A DNA stretch of 64,000 nucleotides from an uncultured Candidatus Binatia bacterium (GTDB lineage: Bacteria > Desulfobacterota > Binatia > Bin18). Shown here in pieces: positions 50,916 through 59,667 of this stretch (positions are counted from its first letter, which is position 1; each line of letters starts with the position of its first letter). The notes under the pieces are model-generated. The model saw only the letters and a program-made list of their open reading frames with translations. It searched no databases and was not told where the DNA came from. The stretch covers positions 1,474,610 through 1,538,609 of the forward strand of contig CBDEWE010000003.1 in assembly GCA_965243855.1 (NCBI GenBank). Direction: 5' to 3'. The position numbers and the translations under genes were made by a program.

Positions 50916-53615
50916 ATGGCACGTAGAGAAGTTGACGACGAAAAGAAATCGTATAGTGGAGTATTTCTCTTCGCAGTAGGGCTGCTGTTGATCGGGTCGG
51001 TTTGGTCGGTCTGGGACGATGCGATTTCGCGGCGGCCCTGGAAGAAATACCAGGCTGAATTCTCGATGCTCGCCTACAACCAAACTATGGCGGAAATTCA
51101 GGCTGAAGAAGAGCGCCTGGCCGCAGACTCGGCCTACCAAGAGGCTATGGCGGCATTAGAATCGGCCCAGACCGATATTGTGGGTGGGGAAGGGGGGCAG
51201 CGCCTCGCCACGCTGCAAACCGAACTAGCGGCCGCTGAAATGCGGACGAGCGATGCGGAGAATGCTTTACGTATCGTCCGGAGCGAAATTGAGGCCGCTT
51301 GGTACGAATACGACCACGCTATTCAGTTGGAACACTCGACAAAAGACGAGAAAGCCCATCTTGATGCGCTCCTGGCCGAGGCGGACGAGCGTGAGAAAGT
51401 CTTTCTGGCCGAGCAATCGGAACGGGACCGGATTGAAAACGAGATCAATGAGATCAACGCGCGTGTTATTGAATCCCAAGATACGCTGCGCAAAATGCAC
51501 CAGCAAAAGGATTTCCTGACTCAACGGCTCGACAATTATGTCATGCAGCCGCTCCCAGGGCTTGTCCTGCCCGCAATTCCCGCCATTACGCAGGTGGTCG
51601 TGCCGGAATTCGACCAGGGCAATTTTGATACCCCCTTGGCGCGCGTTGACCGCTGCCAGTCCTGCCATGTCGGTATCGATAAGCGAGGCTTTGAAGACCA
51701 GCCGAATCCACACAAAACCCATCCGCAGTATGACCTCTTGATGGCGAATCATCCTCCGGAATCGTTCGGTTGCACCTCGTGTCATAATGGCCAAGGGGTT
51801 GCAACCAGTAGTGTGGATATTGCCCACGGCTATGTGCAATTCTGGGAGCATCCGCTGCTGCTCGGTCCCAAAATGGACGCCAACTGTCTGAGCTGTCATA
51901 CCGATATGCAGACGGTGGCCACGAAGAATACCACCGTTGGCCAGCATATAGCCCGCGGCGAAAAGCTCTTTATGCAGCTCGGCTGTACCGGTTGTCATTT
52001 GGTCGAAGGGTATGGCGAGGCCAAGAAAATAGGCCCCTACCTACGGCGGGTCGCCGCCAAGTCCGACCCGGCCTGGATGGTTGAATGGGTCACCAACCCT
52101 CATGAATTTCGGCCGCATACCCGGATGCCGCACTTCTTCTTTACCGAGGATCAGGGCCGGGCGGTGACGGCCTACCTGATGAAGACCAGCATGGAGGAGG
52201 GGCAGGCTTGGTTGGAATCTCATCCTGAGCCTGAAGGGATTGATTCGACGAATGCCGAACTCGTCCAAAAAGGCGAACATCTCGTCAACTCCCTTGGCTG
52301 CCGAGCCTGCCATGGATTCAGCCCGGAACAGACGGCGACCATGGTCGGACAGAACAAAAATCATGCCCCGAATTTAGCCCGGGTTGCAGAGAAGACGAAC
52401 GCGCGCTGGCTCTATCACTGGATTAAAAATCCGCGTGACTATTCACCAGATACGGCCATGCCGGACCTGCGTCTGAGTGATGAGGAAGCGCGAGCTATCG
52501 TGTCCTATCTTTTGACTCTCAAGACAGAAATTGAGCGGCCAGATATTCGAGCCGAACTGGAGGACCCAGACTTGGTTCTTGAAGGGGAGGGCCTGGTCCG
52601 AAAATATGGCTGCCACGGTTGCCACGACATCTCCGGTATGGAAAGAGAGGCTCGGATTGGGGTCGAGTTGACTTCGTTCGGGGAGAAGAGTCTGGAAGAA
52701 CTCTTCTTTGGGAACCGGACTGACGTTCCGCATACCTGGGAAGACTGGACGTATGAAAAGGTCAATGCCCCGCGGGGTTATGCCACGGAACGCATTGAGC
52801 AGCTCATGCCGGGGTTCAGTCTCTCAGACGAGGATATTCTCTCCGTCCGTGTCTTTTTGAAGAGCCAGACCGGACATCATGTGCCTGAGCGATTCACTGC
52901 CCACAGTGACTGGACTGACGCCATTGTCAAAGGTCAGCGGCTGGTCCAGTACTACAATTGTACCGGTTGTCATGTCATCGAAGGCGGCGGCGGAGATATT
53001 CGCTCGCTCTATTTGGATAATCCTTCCTTTGCCCCGCCTATTCTGACCGGCCAGGGGAAAAAGGTGCAGCCCGACTGGTTCTACGGCTTTCTCAAACAGC
53101 CGATTCCCATCCGTCCCTGGCTTGAACTGCGGATGCCGACCTTTCATTTCGCCAATGACGAGGCCAGCGGTATCGTGGATTATTTTAACGCCTTGAATAA
53201 GCTGGAGATTCCATACAACTATTTTGACCGCTCTCGCACCTCGCCGGAAATGGTTCATGCGGGCGAGGTCCTCATGTCAGAGGATTATTTTGCGTGTTTT
53301 TCCTGCCATCAGCAGGGCGACCGCAAGCCTGAGGGACCGCCGGCCGGCTGGGCGCCGGACTTAGCCTTGGCCAAGGAGCGCCTGAACCCAGAGTGGATTG
53401 TCGAGTGGATTCAGGATCCCCAGGCTCTCATGCCGGGGACGAATATGCCTACCTTTTACCCCGGTGGACCGGATGATATTTTTGACGGCGACGAGGACAA
53501 ACAAATTGTAGCTATGCGGGATTATATCATGCTGCTTGGCATCGGCGATCCGTTTGCTAGTATGAATGGGAATGGGTCGAGTGGAACGGAAGCAATGGAT
53601 GAATTTCAATTCTGA
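50916..53615 (+). CDS. octahaem c-type cytochrome with N-terminal TM anchor and coiled-coil region
   Basis: Eight CxxCH motifs (CQSCH, CTSCH, CLSCH, CTGCH, CRACH, CHGCH, CTGCH, CFSCH). One TM helix at aa ~15-35, then about 180 aa of coiled coil. Confidence 0.85.
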   Translation: MARREVDDEKKSYSGVFLFAVGLLLIGSVWSVWDDAISRRPWKKYQAEFSMLAYNQTMAEIQAEEERLAADSAYQEAMAALESAQTDIVGGEGGQRLATLQTELAAAEMRTSDAENALRIVRSEIEAAWYEYDHAIQLEHSTKDEKAHLDALLAEADEREKVFLAEQSERDRIENEINEINARVIESQDTLRKMHQQKDFLTQRLDNYVMQPLPGLVLPAIPAITQVVVPEFDQGNFDTPLARVDRCQSCHVGIDKRGFEDQPNPHKTHPQYDLLMANHPPESFGCTSCHNGQGVATSSVDIAHGYVQFWEHPLLLGPKMDANCLSCHTDMQTVATKNTTVGQHIARGEKLFMQLGCTGCHLVEGYGEAKKIGPYLRRVAAKSDPAWMVEWVTNPHEFRPHTRMPHFFFTEDQGRAVTAYLMKTSMEEGQAWLESHPEPEGIDSTNAELVQKGEHLVNSLGCRACHGFSPEQTATMVGQNKNHAPNLARVAEKTNARWLYHWIKNPRDYSPDTAMPDLRLSDEEARAIVSYLLTLKTEIERPDIRAELEDPDLVLEGEGLVRKYGCHGCHDISGMEREARIGVELTSFGEKSLEELFFGNRTDVPHTWEDWTYEKVNAPRGYATERIEQLMPGFSLSDEDILSVRVFLKSQTGHHVPERFTAHSDWTDAIVKGQRLVQYYNCTGCHVIEGGGGDIRSLYLDNPSFAPPILTGQGKKVQPDWFYGFLKQPIPIRPWLELRMPTFHFANDEASGIVDYFNALNKLEIPYNYFDRSRTSPEMVHAGEVLMSEDYFACFSCHQQGDRKPEGPPAGWAPDLALAKERLNPEWIVEWIQDPQALMPGTNMPTFYPGGPDDIFDGDEDKQIVAMRDYIMLLGIGDPFASMNGNGSSGTEAMDEFQF

Positions 53616-53627
53616 AGAGGAGGAAAC

Positions 53628-54350
53628 ATGCGTATTATGAATAGTAAGACGGTTATTTCCCTGGCTGTAGGAGCAAGTCTCTCGCTCGCTTCTGTGGCCC
53701 TTGGGTACGACGCGGGTGCAGTGAGCAACGGCGGGAGTATTAGCGGAACCATTACGTTTATCGGCGACGCGCCTGAAGTCAAACCTGTTGAAGTAACCAA
53801 AGATACAAAGGTTTGCGCACAGACACAAAAATATGATGAGAGTCTTGTAGTTGGCGAGAACAAAGGTATAAAAAACGCGGTCGTCTCAATTTCGAATATT
53901 TCCAATGGGAAAGATTTTGGCGAGGCAATGGTCTTAGATCAAAAAGAATGTGTCTACACGCCGCATATCGTGCTCACGCCAACTGGGTCGGAACTCGAGA
54001 TTCTCAATAACGACGGTATTCTGCACAACATTCATACCTATAGCGAGGCGAACCCGGCCTTTAATCAGGCGCAGCCGAAGTTCAAGAAAAAACTGAAAAA
54101 GAAGTTCGACCAGCCTGAGGTCGTTCGGGTAGAGTGTGATGCCCATGGCTGGATGAAGGGCTGGATCGTTGTCATGGAACATCCTTATTATGCGGTGACC
54201 GACGGGGAGGGGAAGTTTAGCTTGAGTGACGTGCCGGCTGGCGAGTATGAAGTAAAGATCTGGCATGAGACCTTAGGCGAAACCATGCAGAAGGTCACAG
54301 TGGAAGCTGGTGGCGATGCGAGTCTCGCGGTAGAGTTATCGCAGTCGTAA
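53628..54350 (+). CDS. secreted cupredoxin-domain (type-1 copper) protein with an extra C-terminal beta-sandwich
   Basis: Signal peptide. The plastocyanin-like north-His region LEILNNDGILHNIH and the C-x2-H-x2-M ligand loop VRVECDAHGWMKGW follow the amicyanin pattern. The C-terminal VTDGEGKFSLSDVPAGEYEV resembles a carboxypeptidase-regulatory-like domain. Confidence 0.55.
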   Translation: MRIMNSKTVISLAVGASLSLASVALGYDAGAVSNGGSISGTITFIGDAPEVKPVEVTKDTKVCAQTQKYDESLVVGENKGIKNAVVSISNISNGKDFGEAMVLDQKECVYTPHIVLTPTGSELEILNNDGILHNIHTYSEANPAFNQAQPKFKKKLKKKFDQPEVVRVECDAHGWMKGWIVVMEHPYYAVTDGEGKFSLSDVPAGEYEVKIWHETLGETMQKVTVEAGGDASLAVELSQS

Positions 54351-54380
54351 GTTTTAGCGTTTAGAAGGATAAAAAAGGAG

Positions 54381-54416
54381 CCCTTTAAGGGGCTCCTTTT
54401 TTGTTGTGTGCCTTCT
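54381..54416. terminator. Rho-independent (bidirectional) terminator
   Basis: AAAAAAGGAGCCC-TTTAAG-GGGCTCC-TTTTTT: a 7-bp GC-rich stem flanked by an A-tract and a T-tract, 30 nt after the stop of the cupredoxin gene. Confidence 0.85.
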
Positions 54417-54430
54417 CCCGATACAGAAAT

Positions 54431-54454
54431 AGATATTGACTATAGTCAATATCT
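54431..54454. promoter_or_regulatory. perfect 24-bp palindrome AGATATTGACTATAGTCAATATCT (operator-like)
   Basis: Read directly in an AT-rich convergent intergenic region. Core TTGACTATAGTCAA. Confidence 0.5.
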
Positions 54455-54544
54455 ATTATTCCAACATATTTACCTCTTCCTTACCCGGAACAATAGTGCA
54501 AATTTTTAGAGGTGGGGTGGAATTTTTACCTGGAATTAAAGATT

Positions 54545-54558
54545 TTGACTATAGTCAA
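54545..54558. promoter_or_regulatory. second TTGACTATAGTCAA palindrome
   Basis: Identical 14-bp core, 109 bp downstream of the first. Confidence 0.5.
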
Positions 54559-55063
54559 TTATATTTTGTAAATCAAAGACTATTTCAATTGGGGGAGGAC
54601 CCTGGAAACCACTAAGGAGAAGACAGCCCATTCGGCTCCGTCTACATAGGATCGCAACAACGCTAACACTGTCTTGGCTTTCATTCAGTGCAGGTCTTTC
54701 ATAATCCACTCGCGCAGCGGATTATCATTATTGCACGCCTCCACCTAGAGCAAGTGACGATTCTGCGTAGCTGCTGGTCATTTCGCTGGAATGACCAGGT
54801 ATCCAGACCTCTAGCCCCCGGCCTCTGGATGGCCGGATCATGTCCGATATGACGTGAGGGTAGCGACATGGCTAGAACTTATCGTACAACGTGCGAGTGT
54901 CCCTCAGGCGCTGGTTTCGGATGTAGAGCCTTACAACGTGCATTCTGACAGAGGATGGGCTGGCAGTTGCCCTTGAATACTTCTTATTTACACCAGGATA
55001 TCTTCAGACCGACTATAATTTTACAAAATATATATTATCAGACATAATGTATAATATAAAAAC

Positions 55064-55720
55064 TCACTTGTCCGTCTTGGTGCGAACTACCTCAGCCAAT
55101 GGAGAGTCGGGGAATTGCTCTAACAAATCAACATACGCTTGCGGCACTGTAGCCTCCCCCTGTCGCTCTAAGACTTCTCCCAGGGCCAGGAATGCTTCAC
55201 TCTTGCCTGGTCCATCCAGCCGAGAAGCTTCTTCGTACCACTGGGCCGCGGCAGCGAACTCCTCAGCTTCTTCCGCCCCTTGACCCAAACGTAAGAGCGC
55301 AATCTGTTTCAAATACGGTCCAGCATCATGAAACGCGGCGACTCGCTCGTAGGCAGCCATCGCCTCGGCTGGCTGATTGCTCTTCTCAAATACTTCCCCT
55401 AAGTGCAAGGCGGCGACTCCCCTACTCTCGCGGTCAAGCACCGCTTCTGCCTGGGCGAGTTCGGCAATCGCCACATCGTACTCTTCCGATTCAATGGCAA
55501 GGAGTCCAGCACGGAAATATGCCAGCCCCTGACTATGACGATACTGTGTCCAGGTGGCCCAGGAAATACCGGATATGGCGCATACCACAACAACAACGCC
55601 CCCAAGGACAATCTGCCGTTTGTAATGCATGATAAGGCCCGACCGCTGCCGGAACCATTCAATCAAACGTGCCGAGGGGTATGAAGATGGAGACAGCTCT
55701 TGCTTACGACTGCGCGCCAT
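55064..55720 (-). CDS. TPR-repeat membrane-anchored protein
   Basis: N-terminal TM helix, then several 34-aa TPR-like repeats (AYFRAGLLAIESEEYDVAIAELAQAEAV...). Confidence 0.6.
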   Translation of the reverse strand: MARSRKQELSPSSYPSARLIEWFRQRSGLIMHYKRQIVLGGVVVVVCAISGISWATWTQYRHSQGLAYFRAGLLAIESEEYDVAIAELAQAEAVLDRESRGVAALHLGEVFEKSNQPAEAMAAYERVAAFHDAGPYLKQIALLRLGQGAEEAEEFAAAAQWYEEASRLDGPGKSEAFLALGEVLERQGEATVPQAYVDLLEQFPDSPLAEVVRTKTDK

Positions 55721-55749
55721 GGACCGTACCGAGTTGTCGCTGAAAGAGA

Positions 55750-56268
55750 CTACATCTTGTACTTAAAGTCGTCTGGAGACATCTTCTCCAGGATCTCTGC
55801 CCATTTATCCCGAGAGACACTCGACAAATCAGCCTCTTCCTCACTGTCTTCCGTCTGCTCGAGTACGCTCGATGACTCAAGCACCTGGGTTGCCACAAAG
55901 ATGGGACATTTTGTTCGCAGCGCAAGCGAGATCGCATCACTCGGCCGAGAGTCAATCGAAATGTCTCGTTCCCCGACCTTGAGGCGAATGGCGGCATAAT
56001 ACGTGTTGTCCTGGAGACTCGTCACCTCAATGGCCTCGACCCTGCCCCCAACCTCTTTGATCATATTGTGGAGCAAGTCATGGGTCATGGGACGCGCCAT
56101 TTTGATCCCCTCCAGCTCAGTCGCCATTGAGGTCGCTTCCATCAAACCAATCCAAATCGGCAGGTTGAGCTTGTTCTCTGCATCTTTCAGGATGACGATT
56201 GGGGTCTTGGTCACCGGGTCGAGCGTCAACCCGCCGACTTTCATTTCGATAAAACCCTCGCGGTCCAT
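55750..56268 (-). CDS. bifunctional nuclease family protein (BFN/DUF151 domain)
   Basis: MDREGFIEMKVGGLTLDPVTKTPIVILKDAENKLNLPIWIG is the conserved BFN-domain N-terminus. Acidic C-terminal tail. Confidence 0.7.
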   Translation of the reverse strand: MDREGFIEMKVGGLTLDPVTKTPIVILKDAENKLNLPIWIGLMEATSMATELEGIKMARPMTHDLLHNMIKEVGGRVEAIEVTSLQDNTYYAAIRLKVGERDISIDSRPSDAISLALRTKCPIFVATQVLESSSVLEQTEDSEEEADLSSVSRDKWAEILEKMSPDDFKYKM

Positions 56269-56330
56269 TCCTCCTCCATTTGCGTGAGATCACAAAAAGG
56301 ATAGCACCTTCAAGAGAACATGCCTACCGC

Positions 56331-56370
56331 AAAGCGCAAACGTGTCCAGCATATTATGTCTAGGCGGTCA
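56331..56370. repeat. family-A element, truncated half-copy 10
   Basis: CAAAGCGCAAACGTGTCCAGCATATTATGTCTAGGCGG. Left arm plus loop only, between the BFN nuclease and coxE. Confidence 0.6.
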
Positions 56371-57772
56371 CTAGGTGATCAATAACCCGGTAGAGCTGAT
56401 TAAGGTTGCGGCACTCTTCAACCAGATCACAGTACGGCGCATAGCGGTCCATCTCGCTATCGCCAAATCCCCACGTCAGCCGGCTTTCAGGGTTCAGCCA
56501 AATCACCTGCTTAGCTTTTTGTTGCAGGTCTCGAATAACCCAGTCGTGGGGGAGATTATAATTATTGCGCGCATCGCCCAGCACCAGCACCGTAGTCCGC
56601 TTATTGATGATAGAGAGATAATCCCGATGAAAAGTCTTGAAAGCCCGGCCAAAGTCTGAGTGCGCGTAGATATTAATAAAATTTCCCCGTAAGGCTAAAT
56701 CAATGGCTTGATGGACGTCATTGTCCTCGAACAGCTTGGTCACATCACCAATGTCAGCCACGAAAATAAAGCTGCGCACCTTGGAATAGAGGTCCTGCAC
56801 GGAATAGACAAACTGCAACATAAAGCGCGAGACGTTCCGCACCGAGTCAGATACGTCACACAGAATAACAACTTGCGGTTTTTCTTTCTTTTTCACATCA
56901 AGAATGATGTTGAACGGCACGCCACCGTATTGCAGGTTTTTTCGCAGCGTGCGTTGCAAATCCAGCCGTCCCCGTTTGGCCCGTTTCCGCCGAATCGCAA
57001 TGATATGTTTGAGCCGCTGGGCTAGCTTGGTGACCGCCTCCTTCATCTTTCGGATTTCGTCCTCGGAGAGGTAATAGAAACTCTTATCCGCCAAGCTCCG
57101 CATCTTTTGCTGATCGCGCAGCTCCGAGTCTTTTTTCTCCAACTCAGCCCGGACATAACTGCGGATCATATGCGCCAAGTCTTGGAGGCGCTGGTCAATA
57201 TATTGGGACAATTGTTCGATTTGTTCCGGGCTTAAGCCGGCCTGTTGCAAGGCATCCTTAAGGGTCTGTAATTCCTGCTGGATATTGCCAAAACCCATCA
57301 TCTGAGCGAGCGCATTCGCAAACTGTCCTTCCTGGAAAGAGCGCTGAATCTCCTGAAGGTTCGCCTGCTGGGCGGCCTCCTGGAGCATTTTTTCGAGTTG
57401 CCCGGTATTATTCGTCAGTAAGGCGCGCGCCAAGTCTGACAACTCTTGGTCCATATTCTGCAAGGCGTCTTCGAGCTGTTCGAGGAATTCTTGAAACTCT
57501 TCCTCGGTCATGTCCATCGCCTGCATGGTGGACGCGGCCGCAGCCTTGATCACTTCGCCGAGGCCGGTGAAGAACATGTCGAAGAGTTCGTCATAAATCG
57601 AGATGTCTACCTGACGTTTGACAAAGGTCGCACGCAACGTATCTTTCAGTAATTGTTTATCTCGGATGCCCACCAACCCTAGAGCGGCGAAGGTATCCAT
57701 GTTCTCCGCCACCGAGACTTTCAGGCCGTTCTCTCGCAGCAAGTAGCCAAATTCAATAATCTTGTCGTCCAT
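56360..57772 (-). CDS. coxE: VWA-domain protein of the CoxE family
   Basis: Long helical N-terminal region, then a VWA domain with MIDAS-like DxSxS (VVILCDVSDSVRNVSRF). It lies immediately downstream of a MoxR ATPase. Confidence 0.75.
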   Translation of the reverse strand: MDDKIIEFGYLLRENGLKVSVAENMDTFAALGLVGIRDKQLLKDTLRATFVKRQVDISIYDELFDMFFTGLGEVIKAAAASTMQAMDMTEEEFQEFLEQLEDALQNMDQELSDLARALLTNNTGQLEKMLQEAAQQANLQEIQRSFQEGQFANALAQMMGFGNIQQELQTLKDALQQAGLSPEQIEQLSQYIDQRLQDLAHMIRSYVRAELEKKDSELRDQQKMRSLADKSFYYLSEDEIRKMKEAVTKLAQRLKHIIAIRRKRAKRGRLDLQRTLRKNLQYGGVPFNIILDVKKKEKPQVVILCDVSDSVRNVSRFMLQFVYSVQDLYSKVRSFIFVADIGDVTKLFEDNDVHQAIDLALRGNFINIYAHSDFGRAFKTFHRDYLSIINKRTTVLVLGDARNNYNLPHDWVIRDLQQKAKQVIWLNPESRLTWGFGDSEMDRYAPYCDLVEECRNLNQLYRVIDHLVTA

Positions 57773-57795
57773 ACAACCTCACCGCTGCCCAAAGC

Positions 57796-58767
57796 TTAGT
57801 GGAGGAGGTCTTTGTCGTCTTGTTCCTGACTCGGGGTCTGCGCCTCGACCTTGGCCTTCTGGCGGCTGATATATTCTTTTAACTCGGCCTCGGCCTTGCG
57901 CACGTCCCCTTCATATTTCAGGATCGTGTTCAGGGTCTCATTCACCTGCGCTTCCTCAAGCCGATGCACATTGAGCAAGGTGAGCGCTTTTGCCCAGTCC
58001 AGGGTCTCGCTAATACTGGGGAGTTTTTTCAGGTCAAGTTTGCGGATCGACTGGACGACTTCTACCACCTGATTAGCCAACTGCGCCGCGATCCCCGGCA
58101 CCTTGAGCTTCACAATCTCAAGTTCTTGCTCCTGGCTCGGAAAATCGATGAAGAGATGGAGACAGCGCCGTTTGAGCGCGTCTGACATCTCACGCGCATT
58201 ATTACTGGTTAGGACTACTACCGGAAGCTGTTGGGCCTGAATCGTTCCCAGCTCGGGCACACTCACCTGAAAGTCACTCAGGACCTCAAGCAAAAAGGCT
58301 TCGAACTCACTGTCCGATTTATCAATCTCGTCGATGAGTAAGACCAGCGGATGGTCAGCCGATATGGCCTGCAACAAGGGTCGGGGCAGAATAAAGCGTT
58401 CCGAAAAGAAGACGCTATCCTGCCTGCCGATACGCTCGACCGCCTCCTTCAGGGTTGCCGCGCCTTCGAGCACTTCACTGATTTTGTCTTTGAGGATCTG
58501 AGTATAGAGCAGCTGTTTGGCATACTCCCATTCATACAGAGCTTTCGCCTCATCAAGACCTTCGTAACACTGCAGGCGTAACAATTCACAGTCCATCGCC
58601 CCGGCCACCACCTTGGCGAGCTCCGTTTTTCCGACACCAGCGGGCCCTTCGACAAGGATAGGTTTGCGGAGTTGGCTGGCTAAATAGACGACGGTCGCGA
58701 TTTGGCGGCTACAAATATATTTCTGCTCTGAGAGTCTTGAAACAACGTCATCAACAGATTCGAACAT
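57796..58767 (-). CDS. coxD: MoxR-family AAA+ ATPase (CoxD-like)
   Basis: Walker A VEGPAGVGKT, Walker B LLIDEIDK. About 320 aa, typical of MoxR/AAA_5. Confidence 0.85.
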   Translation of the reverse strand: MFESVDDVVSRLSEQKYICSRQIATVVYLASQLRKPILVEGPAGVGKTELAKVVAGAMDCELLRLQCYEGLDEAKALYEWEYAKQLLYTQILKDKISEVLEGAATLKEAVERIGRQDSVFFSERFILPRPLLQAISADHPLVLLIDEIDKSDSEFEAFLLEVLSDFQVSVPELGTIQAQQLPVVVLTSNNAREMSDALKRRCLHLFIDFPSQEQELEIVKLKVPGIAAQLANQVVEVVQSIRKLDLKKLPSISETLDWAKALTLLNVHRLEEAQVNETLNTILKYEGDVRKAEAELKEYISRQKAKVEAQTPSQEQDDKDLLH

Positions 58768-58890
58768 TCTTCCTCCTCAGCGAATACATGTCGGCAGACC
58801 CTATCACAGGGGTAGCTGAAACACAACGTGAACCCCCTTCCTTCTTGCCTCTTGCGACGACTCGTTCCCCATCTTATACTGCCGCGCGCT

Positions 58891-59667
58891 ATGTGTACGC
58901 TCGCCTTGTACTTCCAAACTTTTCCAGACTATCCCCTCGTGGTAGCGGCAAACCGGGACGAATTTTTGAGTCGTCCCTCCACCGCACCGGTCGTGCTCCA
59001 GCACACTCCCTGGATTTTTGGCGGGAAGGATCTTGTGGCCGGAGGAACCTGGCTGGGTGTCAACCAGCATGGGCTTGTGGCCGGCATGTTGAACCGGCAC
59101 ACACCGCAACCAACTGACCCACGCCGGCGTTCGCGTGGCTTGTTAAGCCTGGATGCCCTTCAGGCGACATCCGCCCGCCAGGCTGCCACGTCCGTGCAGC
59201 GCCAACCTGCCGATCGCTACAACCCCTTCAATCTTCTCCTGGTTGATAGCCAAGCTGCCTATGTTGTCTACCCGGCTGAGCAGACCATCCATGTTCAGCC
59301 GCTCGAGCCTGGGGTCCATCTGTTGACCAATATGAATCTCAACGATCCCGAATGTCCCAAGATCGCGCACTCGTTTCAGCATTTTCAGGCCGTAGCAGAA
59401 AAAGTGACTGCGGCCCCCGAATTGTCTTTTTCCGTCGTGGAGCTTTTTCGCCTCCTCCATGAGCGACTTGCAGACCATGCCACACCGCTTGACCCACGGG
59501 CGGAGGATCCGCGTAACGGCCTGTGTATCCACCTCGACGGCTACGGCACCTGCTCTTCGACATTACTTGCGTATTCCGCTCGACAGCGCCAATTTATCTA
59601 TCACTTTGCCCCTGGCGCCCCGTGCCAGACCGATTATAGCGAGGTCTCGGTGCCGTCGTGCCCCTGA
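58891..59667 (+). CDS. NRDE family protein (TANGO2/DUF833 homologue)
   Basis: Begins MCTLALYFQ, with the eponymous motif VVAANRDEF. Confidence 0.85.
   Translation: MCTLALYFQTFPDYPLVVAANRDEFLSRPSTAPVVLQHTPWIFGGKDLVAGGTWLGVNQHGLVAGMLNRHTPQPTDPRRRSRGLLSLDALQATSARQAATSVQRQPADRYNPFNLLLVDSQAAYVVYPAEQTIHVQPLEPGVHLLTNMNLNDPECPKIAHSFQHFQAVAEKVTAAPELSFSVVELFRLLHERLADHATPLDPRAEDPRNGLCIHLDGYGTCSSTLLAYSARQRQFIYHFAPGAPCQTDYSEVSVPSCP

Noticed and set aside
54868-54948. 26-aa Cys-containing micro-ORF as a RiPP precursor
   Set aside because: No modification enzyme, transporter or protease genes are adjacent. It is kept only as a possible regulated micro-ORF under the 54417-55063 finding.
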